A DNA stretch of 52,385 nucleotides from IMG/VR virus record IMGVR_UViG_3300044691_000213, positions 1-52,385 of that record. One strand, 5' to 3'. The notes under the pieces are model-generated. The model did not search any database. It was given only the letters and a program-made list of their open reading frames with translations, and had not been told where the DNA came from. The DNA is from a virus. Taxonomy: Duplodnaviria; Caudoviricetes. Shown piece by piece: positions 35,701-44,220 of the stretch (positions are counted from its first letter, which is position 1; each line of letters opens with the position of its first letter). The position numbers and the translations under genes were made by a program.

Positions 35701-35919
35701 CCCACGGGAGCGGTTGGCACTGCGGGAACGTCCGGCAACTCAACGAAGGGCGGCACTGGCGGCGGCGGCGGCGGTAGTAACGGAAGCGGTACTGCCGGCG
35801 CAGGCGGAGCGGGGGGCGCCATTGGCGGCGGTGGCGGTGGCGGCGGCGGCGGCACTACGGCGGGCGGTGCGGGAGGTGCCGGTGGCGCGGGCTACGTCCT
35901 GATCATCACTCATCCGTAG
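32794..35919 (+). CDS. Tail fibre / receptor-binding protein with internal duplications and a glycine-rich C-terminal domain
   Basis: PRIDRIVV N-terminal anchor; DAATKAYVD; DRILVKDQ..AANNGIY; EFTSSGTWTKP followed by GGGGG-rich region. Confidence 0.88.
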   Translation: MAVGTFLQSNYATLSGSAYPLAIDASFAVSKRFIDAFAPHEAASPNMTVLLDAGHVYNVSTNALTEVAQQTTSTITAPVTHPRIDRIVVDAGTGVYTRVGGTEATSPVAPAIPAGKIPVCQILLQTTSTTITNSILTDERALWMNGSLANPMTTAADLIVGGSGGAPARLAVGSNGQALIVSGGAIAWGIPALAAIADGDVLANTSGGSAAPVATTISTVIDHALGNTQGDVLYRNSSGWVVLAPGTSGQVLTTGGTSANPSWTTVSGGGGSGTVTSVGVSSTDLSVSGSPVTTSGSITLNVNSNAITNAKLAQMAAHTYKGNNTGSTANAIDLTATQLTAELNAVVGDTGSGGTKGMVPAPGSGDASAGKFLKADGTWEIPPGGGGGGGSVTSVGVSSTDFSVSGSPITSSGSITLNLNTTGVTASTYKSVTVNTKGQVTAGTNPTTLSDYGITDALALAGGAMSGAIAMGTFGITGLATPVNPADAATKAYVDGVTSGLSIRDSCAAATNGALPNTPIYSNGSSGVGATLTGVGFAALVVDGYTAAVNDRILVKDQVTAANNGIYTVTVAGSGAAVYVLTRATDCNFASNIFSGIFTFIEQGTANTGAGFTLTTAGAITVGTTGLTFTQFSGAGEITAGTGLAKSGNTLSLATIANHDVLANTSGGTAAPVATTLTALIDDAIGSTQGAILYRNSSSWVVLAPGTSGQVLQTGGASANPSWTAAGGGSGTDIQEFTSSGTWTKPASATSTSSIEVICVGAGGGGGGGAGGATGTSRIGGGAGGGGVRITRVFKAADLGSTETITVGAGGTSGTAGSSGVGSAGGAGGNSSVGSKLTAYGGGGGGGGAATGTSGSGGGGGGTGGAGGTGSATTTISGGLPASAANADGISGQGGGSSSSQSAKRGEFGGGGGGGCLSSGSPLVGGDSLYGGGGGGGGGGVSTGNGASTGAAGGGVQTYSSGNGGAGGAPTGAVGTAGTSGNSTKGGTGGGGGGSNGSGTAGAGGAGGAIGGGGGGGGGGTTAGGAGGAGGAGYVLIITHP

Positions 35920-35958
35920 CCAAGGCGGCGCTGGTTACGTTCTCGTTATCACGCACAT

Positions 35959-36150
35959 CTAACGAGCGAGCATGTCGGCAATGGCCTTGCGCTCAATCAA
36001 TAGCGCCACAATCCACGCCGCCCATTTCGGGATCTCATCCTCTCGTATCCACCGATAGACTGTCGATCGGTGGGTGCCAGATCTCTCCGCGAACTGATCC
36101 ACCGATAATCCGATGGATGTGAGCGCGGTGGCGAGTTCGGCGCCGGTCAA
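35959..36150 (-). CDS. Small HTH protein
   Basis: TTG start overlapping the upstream stop; LTSIGLSVDQFAERSGTHRSTVYRW. Confidence 0.7.
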   Translation of the reverse strand: MTGAELATALTSIGLSVDQFAERSGTHRSTVYRWIREDEIPKWAAWIVALLIERKAIADMLAR

Positions 36151-36431
36151 AACGCGTTCAGCACGTTGCTGACCACAACTGCGGCATAAAGCCCAACCAT
36201 GCCGACCGCGATCCACCTGGCCCGCAACCCATCCACGCGCAGCATCGCGAACGCAATGAACGCGATGATTGCGACCTTCGGCAACCACCATTCACTGCCC
36301 AACACACCTTGGCACCACGCCATGACTGGGTTCGCCTCCACGATACCGGAGACGGTGAGGGCGGCGTTCGTGCTCAGCACGTCGGCAACCTGGAGAGCGG
36401 CAAGGGCCGCGATGAGTGCGATTTTGACCAT
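36147..36431 (-). CDS. Small membrane protein (DUF5658-like)
   Basis: LQVADVLST..AL...EANPVM...W.LPK; three hydrophobic segments. Confidence 0.7.
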   Translation of the reverse strand: MVKIALIAALAALQVADVLSTNAALTVSGIVEANPVMAWCQGVLGSEWWLPKVAIIAFIAFAMLRVDGLRARWIAVGMVGLYAAVVVSNVLNAF

Positions 36432-36524
36432 GGTCTATATGTCGCATTCCGCTACGGGCCTTCAAGCAAATCGTTCGTTATTTTCGTCAAAATGTCTCGA
36501 TATGACGCCTCGGGAGTCCGCAGC

Positions 36525-36812
36525 ATGCCAATGGAACGGGTAATCGGGCTCACGGAGGAGCATCTAAAGCTCGTCATAGCCGAAGGCGTGAAGCAGGGCG
36601 TCACGGCCGCGCTCATCACGCTGGGGGTGGATCTTTCGGATGCGGACAGCGTGCAGGACTGGCACGACGAGCGCGCCTATGTGCGGAAAAAATACCGGTC
36701 TGACGAACAGCGCATGATCGCGCTGCGCAATGGTCTGGCTGCGGCAGTCCTGGGAAGTGTGGCGACGTGGTTCGTCACGCACTTCATCGGCACGCCGCCG
36801 ACCGGACATTGA
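36525..36812 (+). CDS. Hypothetical membrane protein (one C-terminal TM; possible lysis accessory)
   Basis: GGAG RBS; GLAAAVLGSVATWFV. Confidence 0.55.
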   Translation: MPMERVIGLTEEHLKLVIAEGVKQGVTAALITLGVDLSDADSVQDWHDERAYVRKKYRSDEQRMIALRNGLAAAVLGSVATWFVTHFIGTPPTGH

Positions 36813-36815
36813 ATC

Positions 36816-38195
36816 ATGCCCCGCTACCAATTCCCCAAAGGCATCACGCCAGTCAACAAAACGAGCGATGCGGATTTGGCTCTCGCATTAGGTGCGTGGC
36901 TAAAGCACGGCAAGTCATTGGCGATGGCGGCTCGCGAACTTGGGCTGACTTACGACGCCTTGCGGATAAGAAAGGAGAAGGCAATCAAGCGCGGCATCAA
37001 GCCTCGGGTCCGGATTTCGACAACGCTGCTCGACGAACCGCCGCCGCTAGTGCGCGCACGGGAGATTCCGCGCAGGCGGACGGAGTTCGAAGTGCCGATG
37101 TCTGAGGATGCGGCCCGCTTCCATGAGGAATGGACTGCAGACCAGTGCGTTGCCGAGCTCCGTAAGTTCGCACTCGCCCAACCCGACAAGGTCATCACGC
37201 GTAACTTCTTCCGCAATGAATCTCGGATCTCCGAGGCGACGTGGAACCGCTATTTCGGCACGTTCGAGGAATTCAAGCGCCAGGCTGGCATCACGCTCAG
37301 TCGCCACGCGCATCGCTTGGAACGGAGCATCGCCAAGCATGCCGCGGCAGATAGCTACCGGGTGATGAATGCCGACAAGGCCGGATGGGAAGGTGCCTTC
37401 CTTCGTCCCGACACCCGGCGCTATCAGACGGTGCTAGTCGGCTCGGATGTGCACGACAAGAACTGCGATCCGTTCTGGCGACATTGCTTCATCGACACCG
37501 CTCGACGGGTCCAGCCGGAAAAGATCGTGATCGATGGCGATCTGTTCGACCTGGCCGAGTTCGGGAAATACACCGTCGATCCGCGGGACTTCGACATCAT
37601 TCCGTCGATCCGATGGGTGCAGGCGTTCCTCCGGGATATTCGGGAAGTGGCGCCGGACGCCGAGATGACGATCATCGAGGGCAATCACGAGTTCCGCCTT
37701 ATCCGGCATCTAGCCGAAGCCACGCCGGCCATGCGCGTCGTGCTGTCGGAGTTGCACGGCTTCACGGTGCCGAAGCTGCTGGGGTTGGAAGAGTTCGAGG
37801 TCAACTACATCGCCCGGATGGATCTGGCGGCTTGGACGGAGCGTGACATCAAGGAAGAACTCAAGAAGAACTACGCCATCCAGTATGACGCGGTTCTCTG
37901 GCACCACTTCCCCGAGGGCCGCTTGATGGGCTTTCCGGGTGCTAACGGCCACCATCATAAGACCAAGAGCGATCCGGCATACAGCCCGACCTTCGGTCCA
38001 TTCAACTGGCACCAACTCGGCTGCGGTCACGCGCGATCGGCGAGCTACACGGCTGGCGAGAAATGGCAGATGGGCTTCATGCTGGCCCACGTCGACACCC
38101 AGACGAAGCACAGCGTCTTGGACAACATCGAGGTCAAGCAGGATTTCTCGATCATCGGTGGCCAATGGTATCGGCGCGAGGATATCGCGGAATGA
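36816..38195 (+). CDS. Calcineurin-like metallophosphoesterase with N-terminal HTH
   Basis: SDVHD, GDLFD, EGNHE, GHHH motifs; SLAMAARELGLTYDALR HTH. Confidence 0.85.
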   Translation: MPRYQFPKGITPVNKTSDADLALALGAWLKHGKSLAMAARELGLTYDALRIRKEKAIKRGIKPRVRISTTLLDEPPPLVRAREIPRRRTEFEVPMSEDAARFHEEWTADQCVAELRKFALAQPDKVITRNFFRNESRISEATWNRYFGTFEEFKRQAGITLSRHAHRLERSIAKHAAADSYRVMNADKAGWEGAFLRPDTRRYQTVLVGSDVHDKNCDPFWRHCFIDTARRVQPEKIVIDGDLFDLAEFGKYTVDPRDFDIIPSIRWVQAFLRDIREVAPDAEMTIIEGNHEFRLIRHLAEATPAMRVVLSELHGFTVPKLLGLEEFEVNYIARMDLAAWTERDIKEELKKNYAIQYDAVLWHHFPEGRLMGFPGANGHHHKTKSDPAYSPTFGPFNWHQLGCGHARSASYTAGEKWQMGFMLAHVDTQTKHSVLDNIEVKQDFSIIGGQWYRREDIAE

Positions 38196-38404
38196 GCCGA
38201 CGTGAGATCGACGTGATTGCGGTGGGCCATGTCACAACCATCGGCGCCCGTTGCGACGGCGAGAAGATCGAACTGACCACGGCTCATGATGGACTGTTCC
38301 TCGTCAAGGAAATAACACCGCTCCGCGCCATCGCCATCGCAGGCGATCTGATCCGCTTTGCCCAGCAGATGCTCGCCAAGGCCAAGCGCGACCACCAAGC
38401 CTGA
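38192..38404 (+). CDS. Hypothetical protein
   Basis: ATGA overlap. Confidence 0.5.
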   Translation: MSRREIDVIAVGHVTTIGARCDGEKIELTTAHDGLFLVKEITPLRAIAIAGDLIRFAQQMLAKAKRDHQA

Positions 38405-38424
38405 ATCCCCACGCCGAGGCCGCC

Positions 38425-39084
38425 ATGACCAACGCATCCCTGCTGCCGGCGGTCAAGGCCGCGCTCCGTGCGAACGAACTCGGGCCGGCCAATCCGTATC
38501 GGCTGAGCTTCGCCGATCTGGGCAAGAGCGGGGCATCGTTCGGCATCTTCCAAGCCGACACGGCGGCGAATATCGGCGCCCGGAGCGCGCTGCGCCTGAT
38601 CTTGACGGCGGCCGGATTTCCCGCGGCCAAAATCAGCACGATCCTGAACACGCTATCGGCGCCCTGCAGCAGCACGAGCCTCGCGCTGTGCGATCTCCTG
38701 GCCGTGAATGCCGCCATCGCCGCGCCGGCCGGTCAACATCTGGTCGACGAGATCGATGAGGTGACGCTCGACACGGTCCTGCGCCATCTCGACCAGGCGG
38801 CCGATGCGGCCGATGCGCAGGGCAAGACGATCGAGCCGCGCGGGCTGTTGATGATCGCGCTCTGGGTCAACATGACCGGTGCCCCGAACACGCTCTGTTC
38901 CTGGATCGAGGGAGCGACTGTCGCGCAAGTCCGACCGCCACCAAATCCCATCGTCTCGGCCGACGAGATCGAATGCTATCTGCGCGCTCAGCAGTATTTC
39001 GTCGCCAATCCACGCACCATTCCCCACTTCCTCGCCTCGGTTTCCGCTGGCGTTGCCCTCCTGCCGGTCGGAGCCGTCTCATGA
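38425..39084 (+). CDS. Putative endolysin (lysozyme-like fold)
   Basis: NELG...PYRLSFA..GKSGASFGIFQAD resembles the E...SFG..Q hairpin of lysozyme-superfamily hydrolases; located next to a holin-like gene. Confidence 0.6.
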   Translation: MTNASLLPAVKAALRANELGPANPYRLSFADLGKSGASFGIFQADTAANIGARSALRLILTAAGFPAAKISTILNTLSAPCSSTSLALCDLLAVNAAIAAPAGQHLVDEIDEVTLDTVLRHLDQAADAADAQGKTIEPRGLLMIALWVNMTGAPNTLCSWIEGATVAQVRPPPNPIVSADEIECYLRAQQYFVANPRTIPHFLASVSAGVALLPVGAVS

Positions 39085-39314
39085 AAGCCGTGAAGCGTTA
39101 TCTCTGGGATGTCGCCGTCATGCTGGACGAGGCGGTCAACGTCATCGTCCTCGCCGGCAACCCGCATGAATCGATTTCTCAGCACGCCGCGTTCTCGCGC
39201 CGCGACGGCCGGCGTTGGGGCTGCTTGCTCTGCAAGGTGCTCGATAGCATCGCCAAGGATCATTGCGCCAATTCGATCGAGGGCGTGAACCGCGCCGCGA
39301 ACAGCGAAGGATAA
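39081..39314 (+). CDS. Conserved small phage protein
   Basis: LDEAVNV...GNPHESIS...GCLLCKVLD...HC pattern. Confidence 0.65.
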   Translation: MKAVKRYLWDVAVMLDEAVNVIVLAGNPHESISQHAAFSRRDGRRWGCLLCKVLDSIAKDHCANSIEGVNRAANSEG

Positions 39315-39318
39315 GACC

Positions 39319-39867
39319 ATGGCTGATTTCCTCGGGCAGCTTGGCGACATCCTCGCCCAAGTGGCGCCCACTGCCGCCTCCATGTTCGGCGGCCCGCTCG
39401 CCGGCACTGCCGTGACCTGGGTCGAGGGTCAATTGGGCATCACGCCCCCGGCCGGCTCCGGTCTCGCCGATCGCCAGCAAACGCTGTTGGGCGCCTTGCA
39501 AGGCCTGACCGGGGATCAGCTTGTCGCGGTGCGAAAGGCCGATTCCGATTGGAAGGTCGCGCTTGTCAATGCCGGCGTGTTGCTGGAGCAGACTGACGAG
39601 AAGGACCGCGAAAGCGCCCGGTCGATGGCCGCGGCGATGAAGGATCGCACGCCGATGATCATCGCGATTCTCGTCATCGCCATGTGGTGCGGCGTCGAGG
39701 CGTTTCTGATGTTCGGCACGCTCACGACAACCATGCAGGCGTCGTTTGAGACCGGCCAGCGCACGCTGCAGGACGTGCTGATGCTTGTCGTTTCTTATTA
39801 CTTTGGAAGCAGTGCCGGCCATCAACGCGCAACGGAATTGCTCGCCCAGAGCAGCCCGGCCTCATGA
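39319..39867 (+). CDS. Holin-like membrane protein
   Basis: VAPTAASMFGGPLAG...DRESAR...two TM segments...VVSYYFGSSAG. Confidence 0.72.
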   Translation: MADFLGQLGDILAQVAPTAASMFGGPLAGTAVTWVEGQLGITPPAGSGLADRQQTLLGALQGLTGDQLVAVRKADSDWKVALVNAGVLLEQTDEKDRESARSMAAAMKDRTPMIIAILVIAMWCGVEAFLMFGTLTTTMQASFETGQRTLQDVLMLVVSYYFGSSAGHQRATELLAQSSPAS

Positions 39868-39977
39868 ACATTTCCGCGCTCGCGGCCATGATCGCGCCCG
39901 CAACCGTCATTCTCCATTCCCTAAATCCATTGCCATGGCTGCTCCGGATCTTCCGGAAGCCTCAGAAGGAGATCCCC

Positions 39978-40226
39978 ATGTCAGACACTTCCATCGATCC
40001 GAATGCCGCCCCCGCCGAAGTCGGTGCGACCATCACGGCGCCTGTCGCATCGCCGCGCGGTCTCGCCGCCGTCATCGCCGATGTCGAGGCTGCCGTGTTG
40101 AAGATCCAGAACATCAGCCTTCAGCGTTCGGTCATCGATGCGGCCGAAGCCGAGGTCCGTGCGCTCATGGTCTCGCTCAAGGCCGAGTACGAAACTGAGA
40201 AGGCCAAGATCGAGGCCTTCTTCTAA
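39978..40226 (+). CDS. Hypothetical coiled-coil protein
   Basis: AAGGAG RBS before ATG 39978. Confidence 0.55.
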   Translation: MSDTSIDPNAAPAEVGATITAPVASPRGLAAVIADVEAAVLKIQNISLQRSVIDAAEAEVRALMVSLKAEYETEKAKIEAFF

Positions 40227-40284
40227 GCCGCATCTTCCCTAAGCGCTCTGCACTCGCTGCGGGGCGCCTTCCTGGAGAAATCAG

Positions 40285-41850
40285 ATGCGCTATTTGACCG
40301 CTCTCATGGTGGGAGCGATGGCCCTTGCATGCCTGAATCCCGCCAGCGCCGCGATTGGCGCCCAACTCACCGCCGCGCCCCAGGCGCCCGCCGTCATGGC
40401 GAACCAATCACTGACGGTCAACCTCACTACTCATGCCATCGTTCCTGCGGGACAGAGCGCGTGGCTCACGTCGCTGGGGACATCGGGGACTCATGGGAAA
40501 GTGGCATGGGCCAGCGTCTACGCAATCACCTACACGCCGGGCAGCTATTACGCCGCCCTCGCGAAGGGGGCCAGCGCCACCGACAAGCTCACCTATTGCC
40601 TGACGGACAATGCCGGCGGCTCGAGCTGCAATACCGTCTCCGTCACGGTCTTCGGTACGGCGACGGCCACGATCCCGCCGGTGACGACCCCGCCCGTGAC
40701 GACCCCGCCGACGACCACGGCCAGCTACACCTGCGTGCGCAACTGGTACGTCGGTCAGAACGGGTCGGACAGTGCCGCCGGCACGGCGGCGACCGTGCCG
40801 TGGAAGACGCTGCAGCACGCGAACGACAGCGGTCTGCTGAAGGCCGGTGATTGCGTCAATGTCGCTCCCGGGACATACCCGATCGTCAACACGACGTACC
40901 TGACGCACGGCGGTAACGCGAATTCCCCGACCGGTTATGTCGTCTATCGCTCGACCACGCCCCAGGGGGCCAAGATCCAGGCGGCGGCCCAGAACATGTA
41001 CAATCTGGTCGAAGCCGATGGCGACTACATGATCTTCGACGGTTTCGAGATCGACGGTAAAAACGAAGGGCTTTCGTCGGCGCCGTTCACCATGGGCCAT
41101 GGCCTGGTCGGTGGCGGGCATCATTTCCAGGCTTTGAACAACGTCGCCCACGACTGCGGCGGCGCGGGGATCTCGACGGTCTACAAGGATTGGTACTGGA
41201 TCGTCGGCAACACGACCTACAACAACGCCCGGTTCAACGGCTACCAGGCGTCGGGCATCTCGATCTACGAGCCGCGCGCGGTCAGCTATACCGCGACCAG
41301 TGCCGACACGAGCGCCACGTATCACATCATCGTGAAGGACAACCTCTCGTACAATAATGACGAACGGTACGTGGCCGGAAACCATACCGACGGCAACGGC
41401 ATCATCATGGATGACTTCCGCAACTCGCAGTCGGGCCTGGCCGCCTATCCCTACAAGTCGCTGGTTCAGGGCAACACGACGTACGGCAACGGCGCTCGGG
41501 GCGTGCACCTGTTCTTCACCGACAACGTGACGGTGGATAGCAACGTCGCCTACAACGACAATCTCGATACGTTGATCATCGGAAGCTGGCGCGGCGAGCT
41601 GTCGAACGCCATCGGCAGCAACAACACCTGGACGAACAACAAGGCCGCCGCGACCAGCGTCCCGACCGACTGGCGCAGCTACAACACCGCCGTCCTCGAT
41701 GGCCATGCGGGTGCCGCCAACGTCAACGTGATCTGGACCGGCAACGCCAACTTCGACACAAGGACCGGCGGCAAGAGCTACCAGATCGACGACGCCACCC
41801 GCGCGGCGGCCTTCCCGGCAGCCAACCCGCTCGGCAAGGCGCTGCCGTAG
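40285..41850 (+). CDS. Secreted right-handed beta-helix protein (signal peptide, Ig/cadherin-like domain, PT linker); paralogue of 27243..28601
   Basis: MRYLTALMVGAMALACLNPASA signal peptide; PPVTTPPVTTPPTTT linker; WYVGQNGSD...PWKTLQHAND. Confidence 0.88.
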   Translation: MRYLTALMVGAMALACLNPASAAIGAQLTAAPQAPAVMANQSLTVNLTTHAIVPAGQSAWLTSLGTSGTHGKVAWASVYAITYTPGSYYAALAKGASATDKLTYCLTDNAGGSSCNTVSVTVFGTATATIPPVTTPPVTTPPTTTASYTCVRNWYVGQNGSDSAAGTAATVPWKTLQHANDSGLLKAGDCVNVAPGTYPIVNTTYLTHGGNANSPTGYVVYRSTTPQGAKIQAAAQNMYNLVEADGDYMIFDGFEIDGKNEGLSSAPFTMGHGLVGGGHHFQALNNVAHDCGGAGISTVYKDWYWIVGNTTYNNARFNGYQASGISIYEPRAVSYTATSADTSATYHIIVKDNLSYNNDERYVAGNHTDGNGIIMDDFRNSQSGLAAYPYKSLVQGNTTYGNGARGVHLFFTDNVTVDSNVAYNDNLDTLIIGSWRGELSNAIGSNNTWTNNKAAATSVPTDWRSYNTAVLDGHAGAANVNVIWTGNANFDTRTGGKSYQIDDATRAAAFPAANPLGKALP

Positions 41851-42234
41851 CACATTCTCGCATCAAGACCGCCCGGACGGGTCCACGGCCCCGAGACACG
41901 GTGGAGCGAGACGGAACGGTTCTCGGGAGCGTTCAGAAGCTGACGACGCATCGCCCGTCCAACCTTGGTGAGTCCGAAACCACGATCGAGATATCCGAGC
42001 ATATGAAGGGCGGTGATGGCCTGCGTCGCGGCCAAGATATCATCGATGGGCCGATCCATCAGCAGCCATCATACCCACCCCATCAGAACAGCCAGAACAT
42101 AGGTCTTCGCGATGAATCCGACGAGGGCTAGCGCGCATTTTGCGGCGGTCATGGTTCAAGTTCCTCGGTGCAGCCAGGCTCCCGGCATCCGGCGCACGCT
42201 GGCGACAACGGCTCGCCGGTCGTTTTCGGGTCAC

Positions 42235-42537
42235 TCATGTCTTTGGTTCCTCTACCAGGGCGGCGAGTGATGCCTCATCGAGCGCACGCATCAAAGGACA
42301 GCGCAATTCCTCGCCAGGATAGCGGCGCCGAACGTCATCGATCAGCGCTCGGGCTGCCGTTTTAACGGCTCGTAGCGCATGCGCCTCAGCCTTGAATGCC
42401 AGCGTATTGCGGAGTTGCCCGGCATGGGAGGCTTCCGCCGCCCGACGCGCCAAATGAGCGGCATCGAGTTCTCGCGCGGCATCCATCAGAAGGCCGCTCA
42501 CCGTTTCGAGCCGATCGCGAACCGTGCTGTCCGTCAT
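42235..42537 (-). CDS. Hypothetical protein
   Basis: GGAG RBS; leftward accessory operon. Confidence 0.55.
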   Translation of the reverse strand: MTDSTVRDRLETVSGLLMDAARELDAAHLARRAAEASHAGQLRNTLAFKAEAHALRAVKTAARALIDDVRRRYPGEELRCPLMRALDEASLAALVEEPKT

Positions 42538-42549
42538 CTCTCCACCCTC

Positions 42550-42810
42550 TCAAACCGCCGCACTGGTTGATATCGAAGCACCGTTGCCATTTTCGCGCGC
42601 GGCAAACACTGGACAGGCGCTCGTCACGCTCGATCGGACCTGCTCTTTGTCGCTGTAGCAGTCAGACCAAACCCAGAAAGGCGCGGTCGCGAACGGGCGC
42701 TTCGGATCTCGGCCTTCTGGCGTCGAGAGATAGCCGCAGTTCCCGTCGCGGATGAAATATTTGCAGTCGCCGCAGCGTACCGGCTCCGTCGTCTTCGATT
42801 CAGGCATCCG
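42550..42810 (-). CDS. Cys-rich hypothetical protein
   Basis: AGGAGG RBS; RCGDCKYF...C...C. Confidence 0.55.
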   Translation of the reverse strand, partial: RMPESKTTEPVRCGDCKYFIRDGNCGYLSTPEGRDPKRPFATAPFWVWSDCYSDKEQVRSSVTSACPVFAARENGNGASISTSAAV

Positions 42811-42954
42811 CATCCTCCTGGGCAAAGCGAGGCCGCAGCCTCGGCCATCTTCGTCTTGCGCTTGGTCTCATCCTCTGGATAGAGCCGGAACAGGATCGGG
42901 CGCGCCGGCCATCGTCGGTCGTCGCCCATCCGCGGAGTTCGGTCGTTTTATCGC

Positions 42955-43146
42955 TCATGGCACCCGATACCCCTTCTCGTGGATCCAAACGCAGAGCTTG
43001 AGATAGGCCGCCAAAAGTGTCGGAGGCTTCCGCTTGCCGGTGCGCCAGCGTGACACCGTCTCCTCGGTTACGTGGATGCGGCGCGCCAATTCGGCGCCCT
43101 TCCAACCAAGGATTTCGAGTTCCGGCAGAGGGATCTTTGATTTCAT
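42955..43146 (-). CDS. Small HTH protein
   Basis: LGWKGAELARRIHVTEETVSRWRTG. Confidence 0.78.
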   Translation of the reverse strand: MKSKIPLPELEILGWKGAELARRIHVTEETVSRWRTGKRKPPTLLAAYLKLCVWIHEKGYRVP

Positions 43147-43265
43147 GAAATGAGAATGCCCGAGAATGAACCGACCGTCAACCGCCGAATGTCGAATGGA
43201 GAATGGAAAGTTGCGCGTTGGTCAATTTGGCGCTTGACCGCAATCCGCATCCGTGAGACATTCTG
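43147..43265. promoter_or_regulatory. Divergent promoter region with GAATG repeats
   Basis: Minus-strand TTGACG at 43171-43166, plus-strand TTGACC near 43234; five GAATG copies. Confidence 0.4.
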
Positions 43266-43310
43266 AGGGTGGACGCGGCGAGGTGCTGCGGACGGGTGGG
43301 AGTTGGGATG

Positions 43311-43475
43311 ATGGTCGGAACATTCGAAGACAAAATTCAGCAGTTGCGCGAGACGATTGCGATTGCCGCCGACGCCGTTAAGACGTTCGGGCCGAATAGC
43401 CCCTATGTGGCTTCGCTCGCCGTCGATATCAGCAAGCTGTTCGATGAGTGCTACGTGAAGATCATCGCGGCCTGA
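43311..43475 (+). CDS. Hypothetical protein
   Basis: GGAG RBS; start uncertain. Confidence 0.45.
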   Translation: MVGTFEDKIQQLRETIAIAADAVKTFGPNSPYVASLAVDISKLFDECYVKIIAA

Positions 43476-43502
43476 CCTGTCCTTTAGTCATAAGGAATTC
43501 CC

Positions 43503-43670
43503 ATGTTCGAGATCGACTACGATGCAGAGATGAAGCTACCGGATCGCAAGACATGCGCCGACTGCGCGTATTCCCGACGATGTGCCGCACTGCTGTCGCG
43601 CGACCTGACTGAGACATCGTGCGACTGGCACCCGAGCCGGTTCCGCGAGCGCAACGCTGCTTCTATCTGA
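43503..43670 (+). CDS. Small Cys-rich protein
   Basis: AAGGA RBS; MFEIDYDAEMKLPDRKTCADCAYSRRC...SCDWHPSRF (manual translation). Confidence 0.55.
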   Translation: MFEIDYDAEMKLPDRKTCADCAYSRRCAALLSRDLTETSCDWHPSRFRERNAASI

Positions 43671-43762
43671 TCAGCCCATTAGCAGAGCGTCGCACCGCGC
43701 GGCGCTCGACTAATGGACTGACAAACACATCCCCCGTTGGAGAGATGAAGAGGGAGATAGAG

Positions 43763-43918
43763 ATGCCCGACGAAATCGAACTCACTGAAGTGCAGAAAGC
43801 CATCGTTCAGCAGTGGGTCGATGGCGAACTCAATTACGACGAGGCTGCGGTCAAGCTCACCATAACCGGGATGAGCGGGGATCGAGCAGATGCCGCCCTT
43901 GACCTGGCATATCCCTGA
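43763..43918 (+). CDS. Small acidic hypothetical protein
   Basis: GGAG RBS; MPDEIELTEVQK. Confidence 0.5.
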   Translation: MPDEIELTEVQKAIVQQWVDGELNYDEAAVKLTITGMSGDRADAALDLAYP

Positions 43919-43978
43919 TTCTCGGTCCTCTCTGGTGATCGACCAAGAGACTGACAACACCTAATCACCGAGGCACCG

Positions 43979-44191
43979 ATGACCGAAGATCAAATCAAAC
44001 ACATGGTTGGCCGCTTCCTTGGCTGGCGGCTGCCGGCGGATTTCCATCCGGACGCGGGCATCAACTTTAAGCCGGAATTCAACGAGCACACGCCGTTTCC
44101 GATGAAACACGAACCGTCCGGCACCAACCTGCTCGATGCGACGCAGGCCGATGCGATGGTCCGCCACATGCTCGACGGGATGCCAGCGTAA
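43979..44191 (+). CDS. Conserved small phage protein
   Basis: MTEDQIKHMVGRFLGWRLPADFHPDAGI...PSGTNLLDATQA. Confidence 0.7.
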   Translation: MTEDQIKHMVGRFLGWRLPADFHPDAGINFKPEFNEHTPFPMKHEPSGTNLLDATQADAMVRHMLDGMPA

Positions 44192-44220
44192 CCTTACCCA
44201 ACCACCCGAGGAACCCGGCG

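Noticed and set aside
35070-35890. GGC microsatellite or contingency locus
   Set aside because: The triplet runs are in-frame glycine codons of the Gly-rich fibre domain; length change would not switch phase.
27440-41850. Diversity-generating retroelement (TR/VR pair) explaining the duplicated beta-helix
   Set aside because: No reverse transcriptase is visible; both copies are full coding domains with indels and many synonymous differences rather than adenine-specific changes.
13215-41853. Long antisense or alternative-frame ORFs (e.g. 13953..14864, 16298..17239, 32812..33807, 40408..41853)
   Set aside because: Shadow ORFs expected from high-GC codon bias opposite well-supported genes; no motifs or RBS.
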